This document shows positions 1 through 11,470 of a stretch of 64,000 bases of DNA, one piece after another. The stretch is from Octopus sinensis (lineage: Eukaryota). Position 1 is the first letter of the stretch. Each line of letters begins with the position of its first letter. The stretch is taken from contig NC_042998.1 in NCBI RefSeq assembly GCF_006345805.1, forward strand, positions 84,444,001-84,508,000, read 5' to 3'. The notes below the pieces were generated by a model that saw only the letters and a list, made by a program, of their open reading frames with translations, was not told the origin of the DNA and did not search any database. The position numbers and the translations under genes are program-made.

Positions 1-149
1 TGTCCCAAATATCAGCTTCATAACAGCAAATTACTTTCTTCTTTATTTTCATAATTATTTCAATTAATTTAAACAAATTAAGTGAAACAAGAACATAATT
101 AACTGAAACGAATACAATATATTTCAACAGAAACGTGGTAACAAAAGGG
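1..149. mobile_element. Right end of a piggyBac-like (TTAA/CCC) MITE, truncated by the window edge
   Basis: Ends ggtaacaaaaggg-ttag; same terminal ~110 bp as the copies at 34412-34621 and ~57110-57340. Confidence 0.5.
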
Positions 150-687
150 TTAGCCCAGTGTTTTAATGTTCCAGTTACTCTACTTACCTGAATGTACTTT
201 TAAATATCCAATGTTTCATCTCATCTGGTTTTAAGGTCAGTCTACCTGCAATTCTCATTAACATTCTTTTCTGCTTCTGACCACTTAATCAACAATGAAC
301 ATAGCTGACAACAGGCAACATGGTAAATACTTTTTGTCGAAAACTATTTATTATTTCATCTACCAGTGCAGTCCATTGCTTTCAGGTACCCACTATTCAT
401 TTTTGTAATATTTCTAAAGCAGGGATATTTTAAGCACATTCTTTTTTCTCCTTCTTTTAATCTGACACCTTAATTGGCTTAATTCTCTCGTCAAGTTTTC
501 AAGGCATGCCACAGTTCATTACCGCAGTCTATGGAAACACTGTAGAACTACACTATTGGTGTGAATTAGATGCAAAGGAGCTTTCAAATGTAATTTTATT
601 TTTATTTTAAAGAGAATCAAATTTAAGAGGGAAATTAAATGTGTCAGTATAAAACAAAAATAGCAAACACATTACACAGAACTGTGA

Positions 688-815
688 AGGCATCTCACTG
701 AGTGGTTAGACTGTTGGACTCATGATCATACTGTTGAAGGTTCAATTCCAGGAGCAGGCAGTGTGTTGTGTCCTTGGGCAAGGCACTTCATTTCATGTTG
801 CTCCAGTCTATAAAT
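688..815 (+). mobile_element. tRNA-headed SINE family S2 (Meta-core-like), 5' part
   Basis: A-box-like agtggttag, B-box-like ggttcaattcc, then tgtgtccttgggcaaggcacttcatttcatgttgctccagtc as in the other S2 copies. Confidence 0.55.
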
Positions 816-902
816 GCGTTCTAGCCTTATGTTGGGGCAGCTTTCCCTCCCTCTTATTTTCACACCCTTAATGTTCTGCTTTGTCATAAATATAAATCTA
901 TA

Positions 903-1259
903 TTTTTTACTTGTTTCAGTCATTAGATTGCAGCCATGCTGGAGCACCACCTTCAAGAATTTTAGTCAAATGAATCAACACCAGGACTTTTCTTAAAATC
1001 CTGGTGTTTATTCTATCAATCTCTTTTGCCAAACCGCTAAGTTACAGCGACATAATCACACCAACACTCATTGTGAAGCAGTGGTAGTGCAACAAACACA
1101 GACAGACAGACAGACACACACACACACACACACACACATACACACACAACCTGAGGCTATAGTTGAAGACACTTGCCAAAGGTGCCACACAGCAGGACAA
1201 AACCTAAAACTATGTGGTTGAGAGACAAGTTTCTTACCACACAGCCATGTCTGTGCCTA
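903..1259 (-). mobile_element. SINE family S1 (tRNA head, central microsatellite, 3' stem-loop tail)
   Basis: Colinear with copies at 1787, 5308, 35670, 57480 and 62570; (CA)n at about 1105-1150. Confidence 0.75.
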
Positions 1260-1300
1260 TATATATATCTGTGCCCTATATGTGTGTGTGTGAGTGTATA

Positions 1301-1610
1301 CATATTTTTCTGGGGAAGGCCAGTGTATGGGATTATCCTGGGTTTCTCGTCCATAAAGCGTTTAACTTCATGACGTATCATCAAACCCCAAAACCTGTTG
1401 GCCTAAGACCTTTTCCAAATATAGCTATGTGTGTGTGTGTGTGTGTGTGCATGTGCGTGCGTGCATGTGTGTGTGTGTTATATAATTATTTTTCAAAGAG
1501 GTCTTAGGTCAACAGATTTTGGGGTCTGACGATACGCCATTAAATTAAACCCTTTATAGATGGGAAACCCAAGGTAATCCCATAAACCGGCCTTCTCCAG
1601 AAAACAATAT
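1301..1610. mobile_element. Fold-back MITE, ~120-bp imperfect arms around a (TG)n spacer
   Basis: tttttctggggaaggccagtgtatgggatta... is mirrored by ...taatcccataaaccggccttctccagaaaa. Confidence 0.7.
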
Positions 1611-1661
1611 AGACTGCTCTACATCTTAGAGTGTGCTTCTTCTCCACTTTTATGTTTTCTA

Positions 1662-1768
1662 CAAGGGGTGTATGAAAAGTCTCGAACCTCAAAAAAAAAA
1701 AAACATAGTACAAGACTTCTGATGAAGGTATAAGACTTGAAGGCTCAAAACTTTTCATACACCTCTTG
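1662..1768. mobile_element. Tc1/mariner-type MITE (107 bp)
   Basis: TIRs caaggggtgtatgaaaagt / acttttcatacacctcttg (1 mismatch), flanked by TA on both sides. Confidence 0.75.
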
Positions 1769-1786
1769 TATACTCTTCTAATTTTT

Positions 1787-2434
1787 ACTCTTTTATTTGT
1801 TTTATTTGACTGTGGCCATGCTGGAGCACTGCCTTTTAGTCAAACAAATCGACTCCAGGACTTATTCTTTGTAAGCCTAGTACTTATTCTATTGGTCTCT
1901 TTTGCCAAACTGCTAAGTTACAGGGACGTAAACAGAGCAGCATTGGTTGTCAAGTGATGTTGGGGGGGAAAAACACAGACACACAAACATGTACGCACAC
2001 ATGCATACATATTGGGTTCGTGCATAATTATTGCGGCTTTTTTTAACAAATTTTATTCAACAAAAACAATAACAATATTTAACAAAAACATCTTTAAATG
2101 ATGGTCTGGCCGTCTGCCAAGCAAATGGGAAGTAGTAATTGAAATAGATGGGGAATATGCTCCGGAATAATCATTTAAAGATGTTTTTGCTACATGCTGT
2201 TATAGTTTTTGTTAAATAAAATTTGTTGAAAAAAAGCTGCAATAATTATGCACCAACCCAATATATATATATATATTATGACAGGCTTCTTTTACTTTCC
2301 ATCTACCAAATCCACTCACAAAGATTTGGTCAGCTTGAGGCTATAGTAGAAGATACTTGCCCATGATTTTCACACAGTGGGACTGAACCCAGAACTATGT
2401 GGTTGGTAAGCAAGCTACTTACCACACAGCCACT
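1787..2434 (-). mobile_element. SINE S1 interrupted by a mariner MITE in its central microsatellite
   Basis: S1 tail at 1787-1975 and S1 head at 2275-2434 flank the 2012-2261 insertion. Confidence 0.8.
2012..2261 (+). mobile_element. Internally deleted mariner element
   Basis: TIR ttgggttcgtgcataattattgcggc / gctgcaataattatgcaccaacccaa with TA TSD; core translates to RLPSKWEVVIEIDGEYAPE*, like a mariner transposase C-terminus. Confidence 0.85.
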
Positions 2435-2443
2435 CATATACAT

Positions 2444-2500
<57 letters not shown>

Positions 2501-2838
2501 TCAAAGTAAGCAACAAGGATATCCAGAGGTAATGCAGTATGATCGTTTCATGCAACTCCATTTAATTGAACAATGCAATCATTATATCAATTTAAAATGC
2601 AGAGCAATCTTCAGCTGCACAAAGACATAGAATTTAATTAAAGTATTTAATTAAAGATTTTAGGTATAATTATACTAATGTGTCCATCTGTTCTAATTTA
2701 ATTAAATTCTATGTCTTTGTGCAGCTGAAGATTGCTCTGCATTTTAAATTGATGTAATGATTACATTGTCCAATTAAATGGAGTTGCATGAAACGATTGT
2801 ACTGCATTATCTCTGGATATCCTTGCTGCTTATTTTGA
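2501..2838. mobile_element. Fold-back element with ~140-bp near-identical inverted arms
   Basis: caaggatatccagag...cagctgcacaaagacatagaatttaattaa is mirrored at 2695-2838; spacer about 50 bp. Confidence 0.8.
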
Positions 2839-3767
2839 ATTTTATCACCTTACTTTGAAATTGTATGGATAATACTGTACAAAATTCTGGTACCATATTC
2901 ATCTGAATCTAAATTTTTGCTGAACTCATCTACCATACCCAATATATATATATTATATATATATATATATATAATGTACACACACACACATATACATGAA
3001 CTTTAATCCCAAAGTGAAACAAATGACTACAATGTCTTGTATGCTTTCAGAAATTGTTTTAGGTGTCCATGTTATTAAGGAAGATGTAGGCACCTCTCAA
3101 CCCTCCTACTCTTCTCTTGATGCAGCAGAACATCCAAGATGTTGCAGCTGGGAGTGGGGAGAAATGCCATTGCCAGCACAAGATTGGTACTAATTTCAGC
3201 TGAGTAGACTGAAGTAATACAAAATGAAGTGACTTGCTGAAGGATACAATGGGCCACTCAGTCCAGGAATCAAACATATGACCAGTATTCACACTTGTGC
3301 ACACACACACACACATGCGCATGTGCACACACACACACACACACATATGCTTGCATGCACACACACACATACACTCACACGTGCACACACACACACACTT
3401 TATAACTGGGAAAAGAAAAGAAACATGCACAAAAAGCTTTTAACTTGATTTAATTTTTCTTAAGCCTTAGGGGTTGTAAGGTCAGTCACCTGGTTTCCAT
3501 GGCATTTCAGTGACCAAGATCATAACATTATCCCAGAACAGGATGCCAGTTCATTGCAGGGTTCAAGGCCAACCATTTCTGAGGTGAGGGAACAAGGTGA
3601 TTACATCAACCCCATACTTGGTTCATACTTTATTTTACCAACCCTGAAAGGATGAAAGGCAAAGTTGACTTCAATGAGATTTGAACTCAGAACATAAAGA
3701 GCCAGAAGCAATGCTGCTAAGCATTTTGTCTGATGCGCTAATGATTCCGCCACTCACTGTCTTCAGG

Positions 3768-4030
3768 ATCATCATCATCATCATCATCATCATCGTTTAA
3801 CAGCCGCTTTCCATGCTGGCATGGGTTGGACAGTTTGACTGAGGGCTGACAAGCCAGAAGGCTGCACCAGGCTCCAATCCGATCTGGCAAAGTTTCTACA
3901 GCTGGGTGCCCTTCCTAATGCCAACCACTCTGAGAGTGTAGTGTGTGCTTTTTATGGGCCACCAGCATGAGGGCCAGTCAGGCGGTACTGGTATCGACCA
4001 TGCTTGAATGGTGCTTTTTATGTGCCAACG
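3768..4030 (-). mobile_element. RTE-type LINE 3' UTR with (ATG)n tail
   Basis: (CAT)n-cgtttaac...ccatgctggcatgggttgg; the same sequence runs into RTE coding sequence at 10203-10810. Confidence 0.65.
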
Positions 4031-5174
4031 GCACAAAGAAACTTTGGTGATGGACACTCACACAGATGCAAAGAAAGACAAAATTTAGACACAATGAAGT
4101 TGCTGCATATGTCCACAGCAAAATACAAGAGGGAACATTGTCTATGACTCTCTGATTGAGAGACCAACACACTTACCACTAGGTTAGTATATTAATCTTA
4201 CAGAAAGAAAATTATAAGTACTTGTCTATATGTTCCCTCAGATTGAAATTAAATAGTAACTGCATATGATCTTAATTATAGCCAGGCTGTATCTCATACT
4301 CTTCTTCTTCTTCAGCATCTTTTTTCCTTCATTATTATCCTTATCATCATCATCATCATCTTCTTTCACTACTTCTATATCTTCTTTTCCCCTATCTCAT
4401 CAGTTTTTTTCCCTTTTCCCTTTTTTAGTTCAACAGTTTAAAACAGTTCAAAAGTGCAATAGTTTGGTTTACCACAAGGAAAAGAAAATATCTAATTATT
4501 CAAGCACCCAGTGCCAGATTTAGAATTCATGAATCCCTAGTCTGCAGGAACTGTGAGGGGTTCCAGTAATATTTTTAAACTGGGGTAAGAGTTTGTTTTT
4601 GCAGAAGTACATTTACCCACAGCTATACATACAACTATTGATACATAAATACATACATACAGCTATACATGTTTGTATGTATGTATACATGCACTTATAC
4701 ATGCATATATACTTGTGTGTGTGTGTACATATATATGTACATATATATTGTTACATGCATTTATATATGCATATATATGTATGTATGTATATATTTGTGG
4801 ATAAACATACTGCCACAAACACACACACACACACACAAAATATCAACTTTTTTCTAATTAGATAATTTAGTGTAATTATACTTTGAGTCAACATTTACGA
4901 ATGAAATAGCTTTTTACGTAGTCTCTAAAGACCCCGAGGCACTCTAGAGTTCTTGCATTAATCTGATTCTCTCAGTATCTTTCACTAGAGACTGTTGTTT
5001 CCAAGTGGTGCCAAACAGATAGGGTGGAAGTAGAGAGAGAGGAAATAATGAAGAAAAAGGCAGTGGGAGGTCACTGCAGACTATTACTTATTTCCTCAGA
5101 TTTTATTGTTTATTTTAACAATTACAATAGAACCTTGGTTTTCAAACAACTCTGATCATGAATTAATCATAATT

Positions 5175-5188
5175 TATATCTATATCTA

Positions 5189-5274
<86 letters not shown>

Positions 5275-5307
5275 ACACACACACACACATACATACATAC
5301 ATACATA
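5175..5307. repeat. Compound microsatellite (TATC)n(CA)n(CATA)n
   Basis: Read directly. Confidence 0.95.
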
Positions 5308-5703
5308 CTCTTTTACTTGTTTCAGTCATTTGACTGCGGTTATGCTGGAGTACCACCTTTAGTCGAGCAAACTGACCCCAGGACTTATTCTTTGTAAGCC
5401 TAGTACTTATTCTATTGGCCTTTTTTCCCCAAACTGCTAAGTTACGGGGACGTAAACACACCACCATCGGTTGTCAAGCGATGTTGGGGGACAAACACAG
5501 GCACACGCATACATACATATATACATATATACAGTGGGCTTCTTTCAGTTTCTCTCTACCAAATACACTCACAAGGCTTTGGTCAGCCCGAGGCTATAGA
5601 AGACACTATAGAAGACACTTGCCCAAGGTGCCACGCGGTGGGACTGAACCCGGAACCATGTGGTTGGTGAACAAGCTACTTACCACACAGCCACTCTTGC
5701 GCA
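5308..5703 (-). mobile_element. Full-length SINE S1
   Basis: Tail ctcttttacttgtttcagtcatttgactgcgg; head with B box (gggactgaaccc on +) and A box (ccacacagcca on +). Confidence 0.85.
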
Positions 5704-6065
5704 TATATATAAAATTTAATAAGGGTAGATATTGATATTAATTAAAACCAGTGGCCTAGCATATTAAAATCCGAAGATTAAAATATTTTTACATATAAAA
5801 TTTAAAGGACTGACTACTAAAAGTGGACGGAAAACATGCTAGATATAGACGTCAAAATCGCTATTTTCCACAAAGAAAGTGTTCACAAATAAAAAACTCA
5901 GCACAAACCAAAGCATTAAAAATAAGCAAGACAAATGAAAATATACGAAATATATATATACATTCAATAATGAGGGTGAAAAAAATTATAGATATTAATT
6001 CAATAATACCCTTATTTTAACACCGAGCGACCTAGCACAATAAACCAGGGAGACAAATTCATATT

Positions 6066-6304
6066 TATCCGTAAATATAAGAGAGCCAACTTTGAATATG
6101 TTAACTCTAGTGCTAGAAATAGCTCCACCGGTATAGTCGCCAACGACAATTCCACATAGAAATAGCACTACAATCAACGTAATGAAATTGAAATATAACT
6201 AAAAAATGGATTAATATGTGGAATTGTCGTTGGCGACTATACCGGTGGAGCTATTTCTAGCACTAGAGTTAACATATTCAAAGTTGGCTCTCTTATATTT
6301 ACGG

Positions 6305-6307
<3 letters not shown>
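6066..6307. repeat. Perfect 93-bp inverted repeat with 56-bp spacer (young fold-back element)
   Basis: 6066-6158 is the exact reverse complement of 6215-6307 (checked base by base); the right arm runs into (TA)n. Confidence 0.95.
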
Positions 6308-6376
<69 letters not shown>

Positions 6377-6385
6377 GTATATATA
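6305..6385. repeat. (TA)n microsatellite
   Basis: Read directly. Confidence 0.95.
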
Positions 6386-7306
6386 AAGCACGATTTATTT
6401 GTGATCAAAGTTGTTCAAACACTGTATAACGTTTGTCACTTAAAGTCTAGGACTCAATATCAAAATGAGCTTAACTGTTGAAATTATGGTATTTACAGTA
6501 TATAAGTCACACTATTTGATACTTGATCTTAATTGGAAAAACTGTGGTGTGACTTATACATGGGACAATGCTAAAACCACGAAGGAGAAAAGTTTTGCAG
6601 CAAGATTTAACTCTAAACTAGAGGTGTCACTTATACACAATATAGGAATAAGGTTTTTTTTAAATAAACTAACCCCAAATTAGAACTTGTCTACCAATAT
6701 TGAGTAACATTTAGTTTTTTTTTTTCTTACAGTATAAACTGTTCTGTTTTATGTTGAAGCAACCCATCAAAGCAAGATATTTGAGATAAGAATAAATAAG
6801 AATTTTGGCTTAGAGTCAACTTTTTAACACCACTTTAAACAAATGGAAAATAAACAGACATGTTTTCACAGATATTTCAAAACAAAGTTCCAATTAATCT
6901 AAAATACGGACAAAAATATTTTAAAAAATAAAAAAAAAATGAATAAAAAAAACATAATCAAAAAGAAATTACAATTTAATAATTTCATTGATGAAGAAAA
7001 AGAAGCACAAAAATATTTTCATCATTAAAATTTTAATTTTATCATAAAATATTATCAAATATTTTTGTTGGGTTGATTATTTTTCAAATCAGCATATCTA
7101 TTCTGGAGGTAAGGGCGGTGTTCATAGTAGACTCTTCAGCATTCTTTCCATCATTACAGTACCTTATTTACTAATGATGCATCAGGTTGTTTTGCTCATG
7201 GAAGAATTTGAAGATGCTCATCATTGTAAGCTTATAAAAATAATACTTGTAAATTATACAGTGACCCTACTGTTGTCTTTAAATACCTAAAATTGAAATT
7301 GAGCTT

Positions 7307-7812
7307 TTGCCCTTTTGTTCCACATGCATATTAAAACTCTTCTCCCTGGAAAGAAGGTGGGAGAGATATCCAGTGATATACATCTGGAAAATCCTTGAGG
7401 GCCTTGTCCCAAATTTTGGCATTGAAAGTTATTCCAACAGCAAAATGGGGCGCCACTACATGGTGCCAAAGATTCCAACATCACCATCAAAATACAGGAC
7501 CAGATACTGCAACAGCTTGGGTTTCAGAGGCCCACAGCTCTTCAATATCCTTCCTAAATGCCTGAGGGACCTGCATGGTGTGGATGTGGGTTTCTTTAAA
7601 ACTAAACTCGATCTCTTCTTGTCAGGAGTTCCAGATGAACCTACCTCTTGGCAGGGAACACAGATGCGGGCAGCAGCATCGAACACCCTTGTTGACCAAG
7701 TGCCACGTATCGGGGGGGGGGGGTTCACATACTAGTGTAGCACAATCAACAGTGGTGCCCCAACATGGCCGCAGCTTTCAGGCTGAAACATTTTTAAGGA
7801 TTTAAGGATTAA
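7307..7812 (+). mobile_element. 5'-truncated CR1/L2-group LINE: ORF2 C-terminus, 3' UTR and (TTTAAGGA)n tail
   Basis: SLERRWERY..YIWKILEGLVPN...GPQLFNILPKCLR...FKTKLDLFL..VPDEP...RAAASNTL is typical of non-LTR ORF2 C-termini; clade uncertain. Confidence 0.8.
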
Positions 7813-8511
7813 ATCCACACTGAGCTTACCTTGTGACACCTGTGCTACATTTGATATTGTTTGTCATCATTGAGTCTATTTACTGCCAGGTAGCCTACGT
7901 CATTGAACGATGGTTAAATGTATTTTGCTACTAAACACTTGTATAAACCATTAGGTATAAACCATGTCCTGATAATATGCTGGATGAAATGTCTAAAATG
8001 AGACATAAATGGGATAGGGCTTTTCATAACATGAGGAATTGGGGTGGGGGTATAAAACATCACGAAAGAGGGTGCTGAGCCACAAAAGGATGACAGCCAC
8101 TGTTTTAGATGCATTAAATAAGAAATTTTTATAAAGACGTAAATGCTTTACTTTGGTGATAGACTTAATGCCTCACCTGGTTTTATACCGTTACCCAGGT
8201 TTTGGGTACCCTTAGCAGTGTCCACTCTGTTACAAGCATTCAGGTCAGTCCCTTCTTTGAGGATACCTTCCCCTACCAGTTTAATTCCTTGCTGATTAAA
8301 CCCTTTAGCATCCAGATTATTCCATCAAATGTAATGTTCATTTACTCACATTGTTTGGAATTAATCATATGTTATCTCTCAGCTTCTGAGATTTCTATGA
8401 TGTAATCGTTTATTTTTAGAATGACATTATAGGGTAGGTATGAGTGACCTGGATCTGGCTGGTTCGAACATATAAGAAGAAGAATATTTTGGCCTGATGT
8501 GGCTGGTTTAA

Positions 8512-9353
8512 CCCCTTAATGGATTATCCCGAGTTTACTCGTGCATTGCAAATGTATCTTTTTAGAACCAGACGAGTATACTCGGTCAAAATTAACTTTT
8601 AATCTTAGCGCTCAAATGAGTTTATTTGTTTTGTGTAGTTTCATTTTTGAGCAATCACGAATTTACTCACATTGTCGTATGCCTGGCAGCACATATTCTG
8701 GTGCCATTTCAAAGAATTTATGCTTCTGAATTTTGAACTTTTACTTCAGTGCATACTCAGATTCAGGAGAAGGTTGGTGTCATTTTAGAACTGTCTCGTT
8801 TTGATTCTCTATTATTTATACAAATAAGAGAATTATTTACGCACAAAACCAGGAAGACCATCATCGATCCCACATCCAACAAGATTTGCCCTAGCTGGTC
8901 ACTTTCCCATGGAAATACCACCAAGTGATAAGAAAAAGAACCCTACAAGACAGTGTGCAAAATGCGCAGAGAAGAGAGACGCTAAAGGAAAGAAGATTCA
9001 AAGAGAAAGCAGATAGATGTGTGATGTTGGCAAGATAACTTTGTGTGTAACTCCTTGTTTTAAAAATTATCATTCTAAGTAAACTATCTCATTTAAAAAA
9101 AAAATTTTCCTTTGATTTAAAAGCAATACATCTTATAAAAAATCGAAGATAAGTTATATTTATTTTTTCAATATCCAAACTCGTTTAAATCCAAATGAGT
9201 AAAAGTACATTTTACTTTCTATAATAAAAAATAAAAGAAACAAGATAAAAAACTTTTTTTTGTAATTAACAAAGTGTATAGAAATAAACAAGGAAATATA
9301 AAAATATGCTCTGAAATGAAATGCCATATCAAAATAATTGATCCATTAAGGGG
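8512..9353 (+). mobile_element. Non-autonomous piggyBac deletion derivative
   Basis: TTAA at 8508-8511 and 9354-9357; perfect 13-bp TIR ccccttaatggat / atccattaagggg. Confidence 0.9.
8846..9082 (+). pseudogene. piggyBac transposase C-terminal cysteine-rich domain remnant
   Basis: KPGRPSSIPHPTRFALAGHFPMEIPP..KKNPTRQCAKC..KGKKIQRESR*MCDVGKITLCVTPCFKNYHSK*; one in-frame stop. Confidence 0.85.
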
Positions 9354-10202
9354 TTAAATGTTAAAATGTTAACATCACTACCTAGCTCTTGGATACCTTT
9401 AGCAGAGTCCACTCTATTGCAAGCATTTGGGTCGGTCTCTTGTTTGAATGTTTTCTTCCCTGTAAATGGTCATGTGTATTGCCTTCTCTTCTGATTAAAA
9501 GATAAAAAAATTACCCTTTTGTAATAATGGTGAATCAATTTATTTATGCATGATATCTTTTGATAATCAAATCCCTTTATCATGGCTATCATCTATAACA
9601 CTCTGTCTCTCTTCCTTTCCCATCATGAGGTGTGTCCAGGTTACTCCTTTCTGACATCCATCATTCTCTGACACTATCTTATATAATCATTCATCTCCAA
9701 GACAATCTATTGCTCTCTCTTTATTTTCAGCTCACATAACCCCTCCGGACTCCTATCTACCATTCTGTCTCCCTCCCCTTTAGGTCATACATTATTGGCA
9801 TCAATCACTCTTTCTCATAGACTATTTTTACCACTATTCTTTACCCTCTCTTGCTTTCTTATCAGCAACCATGCAACAGCCATTACCATCTCTTCCCCAT
9901 TGCTCTCTGCTATTATAATCTCTCTTCCATTACTCCTTCCTCAACTACTGTCTCTTTCATTTCTCCCTGCTCTGCCATGCTATCAACCCACTCACTGTTT
10001 CTTCAATCTTACTCTCATTAATTTCTCCTTCTCATCCCTACTTCATCTGTCATTGCTATCTTTTCTATTCACTCTCTTGATCATTTGCCCCGAATGAATG
10101 GTGATGATGGAGAGTGGGGACGATTCATTAATCTTGCAGGATACAAAGAAACTGCACTAGTGCTGGAGCCATAATAAAGTGCCTCAGTACATGCTAAAAT
10201 AA

Positions 10203-10810
10203 TCATCATCATCCTTTAACATCCATTTTCCATGTTGGCAAGGGTGGGACAGTTTGACTAGAGCTGGCAAGCTGGTGAGCTGCACTAGGTTCCAGTGTGA
10301 TTTGGCTTGGTTTCTTCAGTTGGATGCCCTTCTTAATACCAACCACTTTACAGTGTGTCCTGGGTCTTTTAATGTGGCACCAGCATGAGCATTTTTACAT
10401 GGCATCGACACAGGACTCTTGTAGGCTAATCCTCTTGACCAGAGGAAGTGGCCTTAATACTTCTGCTGAAGAGGATGGGTCTTTTTGAGTACAGCAAGGC
10501 ACCAGATATTTTGCTCCTTTGTCATCTCATCTCAAAGGTCCAATGTCCCGAGGTCGTCCTTCAGTATCTTGTCCCATTTTCCCTCTTCCACAAGTCCAAT
10601 CTACTTTGAGAGATTGGCACTTCTTTATGGAGTTGTTGGCATCTGTCCACATCACATGACCAGACCAGTGCAGTCTTCTCTCTCACACACTGCATCTAAT
10701 TTCTCTCTTACCTAACTTCTCTCTTAATACACTAGAAATCTGTCAAACATATATGCACTTACATTACACATTCAGTGGAACATACTAGCCTCATTCTTCT
10801 GCAGCCTGGC
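10203..10810 (-). mobile_element. RTE-clade LINE 3' fragment
   Basis: Minus strand reads RLQKNEASMFH*MCNVS..ERRRLHWSGHVM..KKCQSLKVDWTCGRG..DKILKDDL; (CAT)n tail at 10203. Confidence 0.85.
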
Positions 10811-10892
10811 TGGCAATGAAAAGAGACAATATAGTGTCCTGGGAATTTTTTTTTTCATGCTTCTAGCAATAAGCTAAGTTGCCAAGTAGCTT

Positions 10893-11470
10893 CATCATCA
10901 TCGTCATCGTTTAACATCTGCTTTCCATGCTGGCATGGGTTGGATGGTTTGACAATGGACTGGCAAGCCAGAAGGCTGCACCAGGCTCCAATCTGATCTG
11001 GCAAGGTTTCTACAACTAGATGCCTTTCCTAAAGTCAACCACTGGCATTGACCATGCTCAAATGGTGCTTTTTATGTGTCACTGGTATAGATGCCAGTCA
11101 GGTGGCACTGGCATCGGCCACAACAATGATTCACTTGATTTAACAGGTCTTCTCAAGCACAGTGTATTGCCAGACAATTGAAGGATACTTCCAAATGGGC
11201 TGGTTATGCAACACTGGCATCGGCCACCGCTATGATCTCACTTAGCTTGCTGGGTCTTCTCAAGCACAGCATATCTCCAAAGGTCTCAGTTGCTTGTCAT
11301 TGCCTCTATGAGGCCAAACATTCAAAGATCATGCTTCACCACCTCATTCCAGGTCTTCCTGGATCTACCACCTCTTCCACAGATTCCCTCCACTGTTAGG
11401 GTGTGACACTTCTTCACACAGCTGTCCCCATCCATACACAGCACATGATCATGCCAGTGCATTCATTTCT
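10893..11470 (-). mobile_element. RTE-clade LINE 3' fragment (second, adjacent)
   Basis: MHWHDHVLCMDGDSCVKKCHTLTVEGICGRGGRSRKTWNEVVKHDL plus 3' UTR and (CAT)n tail. Confidence 0.85.

Larger units (their letters stand above)
8301..9368. mobile_element. piggyBac-like MITE acting as host of a second piggyBac insertion
   Basis: Left end ccctttagcat; degenerate right end atgttaaaatg-ttaa resumes right after the 8512-9353 insertion. Confidence 0.55.

Noticed and set aside
1715-1752. CTGATGA inside the small mariner MITE
   Set aside because: No GAAA partner or stem II.
7307-7735. 142-aa ORF as a host gene
   Set aside because: LINE ORF2 C-terminus followed by a retroelement tail.
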